From the NCBI RefSeq assembly GCF_947487805.1, contig NZ_CANKXW010000001.1:935580-999579 (forward strand): a stretch of 64,000 nucleotides of DNA, in the 5' to 3' direction. Numbering within the stretch: the stretch's first letter is position 1; every line of letters begins with the position of its first letter. The notes under the pieces were generated by a model. The model was not told where the DNA came from. It worked only from the letters and a program-made list of their open reading frames with translations, and did not search any database. A program made the position numbers and the translations under genes. This document shows positions 37,688 through 45,022 of the stretch, piece by piece. The stretch comes from an uncultured Tateyamaria sp. (lineage in GTDB: Bacteria > Pseudomonadota > Alphaproteobacteria > Rhodobacterales > Rhodobacteraceae).

Positions 37688-38139
37688 GTGCGGACCCGCT
37701 GGTGATCCGCGCCGCGCGCAGCACGGATGCGGGCGCTGTGGGTGCCATCCTGTCTGGGTTCGTGGAAGAGACCGAGTGGATGCCGCAGCTACACAGCCGC
37801 GCCGAGGACATCGGATTTGCCGGGCAGATGATTGACCGCGAATGGGTGGATGTGGCCGAGCGCGCCGGATCGGTTGTGGGTTTCGTGGCCTGTGACGGTG
37901 CGATCCTGCATGCGCTCTATGTGGACCGATCCATGCGCCGTCAGGGCGTGGGGGCGGCCTTGCTGCGCCCACTGTTGGCGCGATCCGATGCGCTGTGGCT
38001 CTGGACCTTTCAGGCCAACGTGGGCGCGCAGGCCTTTTACGCCGCACATGGCTTTGCTGCCGCCGAACGCACCGATGGGGCCAACAATGACGAAGGGTTG
38101 CCCGACATCCGCTTTGTCTGGACAAAGGAGACCGCCTGA
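37684..38139 (+). CDS. GNAT-family N-acetyltransferase
   Basis: A 151-aa ORF with the acetyl-CoA motif ...VDRSMRRQGVGAALLRPLL... Its GTG start overlaps the ycjX stop (GTGA). Confidence 0.8.
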   Translation: MSADPLVIRAARSTDAGAVGAILSGFVEETEWMPQLHSRAEDIGFAGQMIDREWVDVAERAGSVVGFVACDGAILHALYVDRSMRRQGVGAALLRPLLARSDALWLWTFQANVGAQAFYAAHGFAAAERTDGANNDEGLPDIRFVWTKETA

Positions 38140-39152
38140 TGGCCAGGGGACCGGTACTGATCGAGATCGACGACACGCGCACACCGCCCGCCGTGGCCGA
38201 TGCGCCGCCCGTGCCGGATGTCGACATGGGTGCGCCGACCGGGGCCGCGGTGCAGATGGCGGCGCGGGTGATGGCGCGCAGGCCGTCGCGGCTGGCACGC
38301 ATGTTCTGGTGGGTGGCGGGTGCGCTGCTGACGGCGGTGCTGACCACCGCCGCCTGGGATTTCCTGACCGCGTGGATTGCGCGGGCGCCGGTCGTGGGCT
38401 GGGTGCTTGTCGGGCTGACCGGGGCCTTTGTCGCGGTCCTGCTGGGGATTGCCTTGCGCGAACTGGCGGCGTTGCGGCGGCTCACCCGCATCGACGGTCT
38501 GCGCCACGACGCGGCACAGGCGCAGGCCAGTGCCGATCTGGGTGCGGCGCGCCGCGTGGTGGACCGGCTCGACGCGCTATATCGCGGGCGTGCGGACACG
38601 ACATGGGCGCGCGACCGCCTGGCAGAGCTGCGCGGTGACCAGATGGATGCCGCCGGGCTGTTGGCGCTGGCCGATGACACGCTGATCCGCCCACTGGACC
38701 AGGCCGCCGAACGCGAGGTCGAGGCCGCAGCCCGTCAGGTCGCCACCGTCACCGCGCTGGTGCCGCTGGCGCTGGCCGATGTGGTCGCGGCGCTGACCGC
38801 GAACCTGCGGATGATCCGCCGCATTGCCGAAATCTACGGCGGGCGCGGGGGCCTTGTGGGCAGTTGGCGTCTGACCCGTGCGGTGATGACCCACCTCGTG
38901 GCCACGGGCGCCGTGGCGGTGGGCGATGACCTGTTGGAGCCGGTTCTGGGCGGCACGATCCTTGGCAAGTTGTCCCGCCGATTTGGCGAAGGGCTGGTCA
39001 ATGGCGCGCTGACCGCACGGGTCGGCGTGGCCGCGATGGAGGTCTGCCGACCGCTCGCCTATGAAAAGGATGCGCGCCCCAAGGTTAGACGACTGGTGAC
39101 ACAGGCGCTCGGAGGGCTATTTCAATCCCGAAGCAGCCCTGATCGCGAGTAG
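38139..39152 (+). CDS. ycjF: YcjF-family membrane protein (UPF0283/DUF697-like)
   Basis: Hydrophobic segments follow ...RRPSRLARMFWW..., and the conserved C-terminal ...LTARVGVAAMEVCRPLAY... matches E. coli YcjF ...LTARLGIKAMELCRPLPW... The ATG shares a base with the GNAT stop (TGATG). Confidence 0.82.
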   Translation: MARGPVLIEIDDTRTPPAVADAPPVPDVDMGAPTGAAVQMAARVMARRPSRLARMFWWVAGALLTAVLTTAAWDFLTAWIARAPVVGWVLVGLTGAFVAVLLGIALRELAALRRLTRIDGLRHDAAQAQASADLGAARRVVDRLDALYRGRADTTWARDRLAELRGDQMDAAGLLALADDTLIRPLDQAAEREVEAAARQVATVTALVPLALADVVAALTANLRMIRRIAEIYGGRGGLVGSWRLTRAVMTHLVATGAVAVGDDLLEPVLGGTILGKLSRRFGEGLVNGALTARVGVAAMEVCRPLAYEKDARPKVRRLVTQALGGLFQSRSSPDRE

Positions 39153-39156
39153 ACCC

Positions 39157-40776
39157 ATGGAAACATTTGCCGCCGACCTGACAACCATGGTGCGTACGCC
39201 GCTGTCGCCCGAACACGTGACCGCGATGCGCAAGGTCGGCACGGTCATCGACGTGGCCAAGGGCGACTGGTTCCAGAAAGCGGGCGAACGGATCGACACG
39301 TTCCACTATCTGCTGAGCGGCGAGACCGAGGCCATGAACGCCGCAACCGGCGCGCGGTATGGCGAGGCGACACTTGGGCCAGGGCAGTTCTTTGGCGAAC
39401 TGGCCTTTCTGACCGGCGGGCGGGCCTTCATGGGCGGACGGGCCGTCGAGGACAGCCAGCTTTTATGTGTGCGCCGTGATGAGATGTTGAAACTGATGTC
39501 CGATATCCCCGAGATGTCTGATATCATCATCACCGTCTTTGCCGCGCGGCGGCGGCGGATGCTGGAAAATTCCGAAGGTGGGCTGACCCTGATCGGCGGT
39601 GAGGTCGACCGCGATGTGCGCCGCATCGCCAGCTTTGCCGCGCGCAACCGCATCCCCTTTGTCGAGGTGGAGATCGACAGTTCCGAAGGCAACGACCTGG
39701 CCGCGCAATGCCGGATCGACCGCGCGCACCCGGCCGTGGTCTTTGCCAAGCACCAAGTGATCGACCCGCCGACGCCGCGCGCGGTGGCCCAGACGCTGGG
39801 CCTTGATATGGCGCTGCGCAAGGAGGACGTCTATGACGTCGCCATCGTGGGCGGCGGGCCTGCGGGTGTGGCTGCGGGCGTCTATGCCGGGGCCGAGGGG
39901 CTGTGCGCCGTTGTGCTCGAGGATCTGGCCGTGGGCGGGCAGGCGGGCACCTCCAGCCGGATCGAGAACTACATGGGTTTTCCCACCGGCATCTCGGGCG
40001 GGGATCTGGTGGGCCGGGGCGAGGTGCAGGCGATGAAGTTCGGCACGCGGTTCGCGGTGCCGGTGCGCGCGCAGGAACTGACCCAATGCGAAAAGAAGCT
40101 CTTTCACATCAAGCTCGATTCGGGTGACTGGGTGTCCGCCAAGGCGCTGATCGTTGCCACGGGCGTGCAGTACCGGCGCCTGCCGCTCGAGAACCTTGAG
40201 GCGTTGGAAGGGTCGGGGGTGTACTATGCCGCCACCGATATCGAGGCGCGCTATTGCCGCGACACGGAGGTCGCGATCATCGGCGGCGGCAATTCGGCCG
40301 GACAGGCGGCAATGTTCCTTGCGCGCAGTTCGAAACACGTCCACGTGCTGGTGCGCGGCGACGGGCTGGCCGCGTCCATGTCGGATTACCTCTTGCAGCG
40401 GCTGGAGCGGCACCCGCGCATCACCATCCACCTGTGCACGCAGGTCAAGCAGTTGCACGGGGACGATACGCTGACCGGCATCACGGTGCGCGACCGCACC
40501 GGCGGGCAGGACTGGCAGCTGAACACCAAGGCGCTTTTTGTCATGGTGGGGGCCGCGCCGAACACCGAATGGCTGTCGGGCCTTGTCGATCTGGACCCGC
40601 GCGGGTTCGTCAGGACCGGCCCGGATGTGGGCGGGCGTGACGCCTACGAGACGTCCCGTGCGGGCATCTTTGCCGTGGGCGACGTGCGCGCAGGCTCGGT
40701 CAAGCGCGTGGCCAGCGCGGTGGGAGAGGGGTCGGTTGTCATGTCCGCTGTCTGGGCGCATATCGCGCAGGACTGA
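39157..40776 (+). CDS. cyclic-nucleotide-binding domain fused to a thioredoxin-reductase-like FAD/NAD(P) oxidoreductase (no CxxC)
   Basis: The N-terminal cNMP-binding motif is ...GQFFGELAFLTGG... Dinucleotide folds are VAIVGGGPAGVAAG and VAIIGGGNSAGQAA, and the C-terminal motif is ...GIFAVGDVR... It starts 4 nt after ycjF. Confidence 0.88.
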   Translation: METFAADLTTMVRTPLSPEHVTAMRKVGTVIDVAKGDWFQKAGERIDTFHYLLSGETEAMNAATGARYGEATLGPGQFFGELAFLTGGRAFMGGRAVEDSQLLCVRRDEMLKLMSDIPEMSDIIITVFAARRRRMLENSEGGLTLIGGEVDRDVRRIASFAARNRIPFVEVEIDSSEGNDLAAQCRIDRAHPAVVFAKHQVIDPPTPRAVAQTLGLDMALRKEDVYDVAIVGGGPAGVAAGVYAGAEGLCAVVLEDLAVGGQAGTSSRIENYMGFPTGISGGDLVGRGEVQAMKFGTRFAVPVRAQELTQCEKKLFHIKLDSGDWVSAKALIVATGVQYRRLPLENLEALEGSGVYYAATDIEARYCRDTEVAIIGGGNSAGQAAMFLARSSKHVHVLVRGDGLAASMSDYLLQRLERHPRITIHLCTQVKQLHGDDTLTGITVRDRTGGQDWQLNTKALFVMVGAAPNTEWLSGLVDLDPRGFVRTGPDVGGRDAYETSRAGIFAVGDVRAGSVKRVASAVGEGSVVMSAVWAHIAQD

Positions 40777-40864
40777 CGCTCCGTCACGGGCCGGGTCAGG
40801 AATACCCGCACTAACATCACGCATCCCCAACGCATATGTGATCAGCCAATAAAGGAGTGGTCGC

Positions 40865-43492
40865 ATGCAGGCACTTGCTGTGTTGGTCGGGCTGGTTGTG
40901 CTCGGGATCCCGGTCGCGGTGATCTATCTGCTGGTCTCCCATGGCCGCCTGCGCGACCGGGTCGCACGGCTCGAAGCGACCCTTGCCGCAGCACGGCCTG
41001 CGGCCGAGCAGGCTGACGCGCCACCCCCCCAACCGTCACCGGCCAAGCCGGAACCCGTGGACAATCCGTGGGTGGAGCGGCCTGCTGCGCCGCCGCATCC
41101 TGCGCCCGCGCCAAGTCAGGTCCGCGTGGCCGCGACGGGGCTTGTCACCTGGCTGATGGGCAACTGGTTTTATGCCGTCTCGGCGGTGTCGCTGGCGCTG
41201 GCGGGTTTGTTTCTGGTGCAATACGGGGTCGAAAACGACCTCTTTCCGCCGACCGCACGCGTGATTGCCGCGCTGGGTTTTGGTGCGGCCCTGATCGGGG
41301 CGGGCGACTATATCCGCCGCCGGTTCGGCGATGCGCCCGATCAGGTGACCGCCTATCTGCCGTCGGTGTTTTCCGGCGCGGGGCTGGTGTCGCTCTTTGG
41401 CGGGATTGCGGCGGCGCATCTGCTCTATGGTCTGGTGGGGGCCGGCGTGGCCTTTGGCGGGCTGGCGCTGGTGGGCCTCTTGGGCGTCGGCTTGGGTTGG
41501 CTGCACGGGCCGCTTCTTGTCACGGTCGGTGTGCTGGGCGCTGTGGCCGCGCCCTTTGTGGTCGGCTCGGACGTGCCTGCGACGCCGTGGGTATTTGTGT
41601 ATTTCGCGGTCATCACCGCGCTGGGGCTGGGCATCGATACGGTGCGCCGCTGGGCCTGGGTGTCGGTGCTGTCGCTGGTTCTGGGATATGGGGCGGGGTG
41701 GATCACGGCGCAGGCGGGTGGCGTGGCGATGACGCTGGGCGCGCAAGCCTATGCGGTCGTTCTGGTCGCTTTGGCGGTGTTGATCCCGGCGCGCGGGCTG
41801 ATCCCCGATCACGCCGGAACAATGGTGTCACGCGCGCTGGTGGCCCGACTGTGGATCTGGCCCGAATTTCCGACACTGCTGGCGGCGGGGGCAGTCACTT
41901 TGTCCTCGGTCGGGCTGGTCTGGACCGCCGATGCGGGTGCAGAGGCATTCTGGGCCGCGGTTGCAGGGCTGACCCTGATGACCGTCGCGCTGACGCTCTG
42001 GTCCGTACGGGCGCGGGCGTTGCAGGACTTGGCCGCGGTCCCGGCGGTGTCGCTCATCGCGACCGTTCTTATCGAGGGGCAGACGCGCGGGCCGGTCGCA
42101 TCGGCCTATGCCGCGACTTACGCCGAAACGGTCGAGGCGGCGGCACCCATCGCCGTCACGCTCCTCTGTGCGCTGGGCATCGGGCTGAGCCTGCTGAGCG
42201 CTGGCCGCGCGATGCGTCCAGGCGCGTCACTTGGCTGGACGCTGGGGGCCGCCCTGTTTGCGCCCGTGCTCGCACTGGCGCTCGAGCTGTCCTGGACTCC
42301 GGCAGAGACGATCGGCGCCTACCCCTGGGCTTTGCACGCCATGGGGATTGCTGCGGTGATGGTGGGCCTTGCCCTGCGCTTTGCCCGCATTGACGGGGCA
42401 GAGCGCAACCGCGTGGCGCTCTTTGTGCTGTCGGCGCTGTCGGCGATCAGCTTTGCCTTTGCGCTGATCCTGACGGCGGCTGCGCTGACACTGGCGCTGG
42501 CGGTTACGGTGCTGGTGGCAGCACTCCTTGACCGACGGTTCGATCTGGAGCTGATGCAGGTGTTCATCCTGGCAGGTGTGGCGGCGGTGGGCACGCGGCT
42601 GGTGGCCGATCCGGGCCTGTCCTGGGCGTTGGATGCACCGCTGGCGTCGGTGATCGTGGCCTATGGCGGTGCGCTGGCGGCGTTCGGTGCGGCCTTGTGG
42701 GCGGTGGGCATGCGGCCCCGCCCGGCGGCAGAGGTGGTTCTGGGCACGGCGGCGTGGTCGCTCGCCGGGCTTTTGGCGTCCATCCTGCTGTTCCGCGCGC
42801 TTGAGGCGGCGCTCGGCGTCGACGGCAGTTTCTCGCATTGGGGTTTTGGGCTTTATGCGGTGATCTGGCTGGGCCTGATGCTGGTGCAACTGGTGCGCCT
42901 GCAAAGGCTGGGCGGGGTGATGGCCTGGGTGCGGGGCGCGCTGGCTTGTGTCTTTGGCCTGATCGGGGCGCTGGCGTTGGCGGTCGGGTTGACCGTGTTG
43001 TCGCCGCTCGTTGCGGATTGGGGGCGGCCCGTGGCGGGGCCTGCGTTGCTCAACACATTGGCCGTGGCCTATGCGTTGCCGGGGGCCTTGCTGGTGGCTG
43101 GTGCATGGCGGTTGCGGCCGGGCATCCTGCGGCTGGGCCTGATGGGCGCGGGCGTTGCGGTTCTGGCCTATTGGGCCTTTGCCGCGCTGCGCCACCTGTG
43201 GCAGGGGGCGGCAGGCATGCCGCTTGACACCGGGTTCCTGCAACCGGAGCTGTATAGCTATACCGTGGCGTTGCTGATCGTTGGCGCGGCCCTGTTCTAC
43301 CAGTCGCTGGCGCGGGGTGCGGTCGGGCTGCGCCGGGCGGGTCTGGTGGTGATCGGGCTGGCGGTGGCCAAGGTGTTCCTGATCGACATTTCGGGTCTTG
43401 ATGGGCTGACGCGGGTGCTGTCGCTGGTGGTGCTGGGCCTGTCGCTGGCCGGTTTGGCCTGGCTGAACCGCTGGGCGCAGGCGCGCGGCTAG
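40865..43492 (+). CDS. very large polytopic membrane protein (DUF2339-like)
   Basis: An 875-aa ORF with AAGGAG 7 nt upstream. It has one N-terminal TM, a short helical/Pro-rich linker (RLRDRVARLEATLAAARPAAEQADAPPPQPSPAKPEP...), and then continuous hydrophobic segments to the C-terminus. Confidence 0.8.
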   Translation: MQALAVLVGLVVLGIPVAVIYLLVSHGRLRDRVARLEATLAAARPAAEQADAPPPQPSPAKPEPVDNPWVERPAAPPHPAPAPSQVRVAATGLVTWLMGNWFYAVSAVSLALAGLFLVQYGVENDLFPPTARVIAALGFGAALIGAGDYIRRRFGDAPDQVTAYLPSVFSGAGLVSLFGGIAAAHLLYGLVGAGVAFGGLALVGLLGVGLGWLHGPLLVTVGVLGAVAAPFVVGSDVPATPWVFVYFAVITALGLGIDTVRRWAWVSVLSLVLGYGAGWITAQAGGVAMTLGAQAYAVVLVALAVLIPARGLIPDHAGTMVSRALVARLWIWPEFPTLLAAGAVTLSSVGLVWTADAGAEAFWAAVAGLTLMTVALTLWSVRARALQDLAAVPAVSLIATVLIEGQTRGPVASAYAATYAETVEAAAPIAVTLLCALGIGLSLLSAGRAMRPGASLGWTLGAALFAPVLALALELSWTPAETIGAYPWALHAMGIAAVMVGLALRFARIDGAERNRVALFVLSALSAISFAFALILTAAALTLALAVTVLVAALLDRRFDLELMQVFILAGVAAVGTRLVADPGLSWALDAPLASVIVAYGGALAAFGAALWAVGMRPRPAAEVVLGTAAWSLAGLLASILLFRALEAALGVDGSFSHWGFGLYAVIWLGLMLVQLVRLQRLGGVMAWVRGALACVFGLIGALALAVGLTVLSPLVADWGRPVAGPALLNTLAVAYALPGALLVAGAWRLRPGILRLGLMGAGVAVLAYWAFAALRHLWQGAAGMPLDTGFLQPELYSYTVALLIVGAALFYQSLARGAVGLRRAGLVVIGLAVAKVFLIDISGLDGLTRVLSLVVLGLSLAGLAWLNRWAQARG

Positions 43493-44664
43493 CGCAGCGG
43501 ATCGCCCTTGGGGAATGCAGGCAGCAGGGTGCCGCAGACCAGCCGCGACAGGATGCGCGGCACCGGCGGCACCATGGATAGCGGGAACAGCACGCGGTCG
43601 CGCAGCACCGGCAGCCATGTGCTGTCGGACTGGTATTGCGGGGTAAAGGCCCAGCTCATCCCTTGATAAGCGCGCACGTGCCAGCGGCGGGCGCGGGCAT
43701 AGGCGTCCAGTGCCTGTGCCGGGCCATGGCGGTCGAGCGCACGGGCCAGCGCGTAGGCGTCGAGCAGCGCCATGTTCGCCCCCTGGCCCAGTTGCGGGCT
43801 GGCGCGGTGGGCGGCATCCCCGATATGGGCGATGCCGCGTCCGTGCGGAATTTCGAGCGTGCCGTGGGCATAGCGCGCCATGGTCAGCTGGTTGGGGTCG
43901 GTGATCTGCCGGGCAAAGGGGGCAAATTCGGGCCAGAGGGCCGTTGCCTCATCCTGCCACGCGGTCAGGCCTGCGGCGCGCCACGCGTCATGGCCGTCGC
44001 GGGGCAGGGACCAGAAGATCGCGGCCATGGGCCCATCCGCACCGGGCGGTGTGCCGATGGGCAGAACGCCGACCATGCGGTTGGCTTTGCGGTAGGTCTG
44101 GCGCAGCTGATCCACGGGCAGGGCCGTGTCGTCCGGCCAGGCGACATTGGCCCAGAGCGCGCCGTAGGGCAGGGGGCGGGCGCGCAGCGGAGACAGGGGG
44201 GATTTGGCGCCAAGCGCGTCGATGATCAGGTCAAAGCCGTCCATGCGGGTGCCGTCGGCGGTCTCGAGCCAGCCGTGTTCGCCGCGCATCACGCGCGCGC
44301 CGAGGCGCAGGTCCACGCCGCTGGCGAGGGCCGCGTCCCAGAGGGCGGAAAAGACCGCATTGCGGTGCACTGCGAGGCCTGTGCGGGTGCCATGCGCACG
44401 GTCGTACCAGACGTCCAGCACGCGCCGCCCACTGCGAGCCTCGTGTCCCAGCATACGGTGCACCTTGTTGCCCGTCGCCGTGACCCGGTCCGCCACGCCG
44501 CAGGCCCCCAGCACCGCCTGTCCCACGGGCTGGATCACCAGCCCGGAGCCTACCGGGGCGGGGGTGGCGAACTGGTCGATCAGGGTGACCTTTGCGCCGC
44601 TCTTGCGCAGCAGGATGGCGGCGGCGAGGCCGCCGATCCCGGCGCCTGCAATTGCGATTTTCAT
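43489..44664 (-). CDS. FAD-dependent monooxygenase/oxidoreductase (UbiH/salicylate-hydroxylase-like)
   Basis: ORF 43489..44769(-). The start is ATG 44664 (MKIAIAGAGIGGLAAAILL..., the GxGxxG fold), and ...HIGDAAHRASPQLGQGANMAL... is present. Confidence 0.85.
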   Translation of the reverse strand: MKIAIAGAGIGGLAAAILLRKSGAKVTLIDQFATPAPVGSGLVIQPVGQAVLGACGVADRVTATGNKVHRMLGHEARSGRRVLDVWYDRAHGTRTGLAVHRNAVFSALWDAALASGVDLRLGARVMRGEHGWLETADGTRMDGFDLIIDALGAKSPLSPLRARPLPYGALWANVAWPDDTALPVDQLRQTYRKANRMVGVLPIGTPPGADGPMAAIFWSLPRDGHDAWRAAGLTAWQDEATALWPEFAPFARQITDPNQLTMARYAHGTLEIPHGRGIAHIGDAAHRASPQLGQGANMALLDAYALARALDRHGPAQALDAYARARRWHVRAYQGMSWAFTPQYQSDSTWLPVLRDRVLFPLSMVPPVPRILSRLVCGTLLPAFPKGDPLR

Positions 44665-44768
44665 GGGGTGTCCGATGTTGATCCGTGGTTGCCGCCACAG
44701 TACCCGAATTGGTGGGCACCGCCATGGGACAAACCGTCGTGACCCAAAGGCCGCCCTGACGGGCGACA

Positions 44769-44838
44769 CGATGTTTCAGGGGGCGTGGCCCCCGTCCTTC
44801 GGACTCCCCCCGGCGCAAAATGGCGGGCGCAGGCGCCC
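44769..44838 (-). repeat. structured GC-rich intergenic repeat, copy A (inverted relative to copy B)
   Basis: The reverse complement reads GGGCGC-CT-GCGCCC..ATTTT..CCGGGGGGA-GTCC-GAA-GGAC-GGGGGC-CAC-GCCCCC-TGAAACATCG. It aligns with 48109-48154 at 38 of 47 columns by hand. Confidence 0.6.
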
Positions 44839-45022
44839 AGGGGGACTTGTGCGTCTGTATCCCCCTTGCCTATAAGGCGCGCATGATGTGTTCATTCATC
44901 ATTCTGCGAATTATATCCCCGGCGCTCTGATCGACCACTGAGCCGCCGGGTAAAGGTGCTTGAGGACACTCGCACCGCTTCACGCCATTTTCCCTACGAC
45001 CGTTCCATGAAGGACGCCACCC

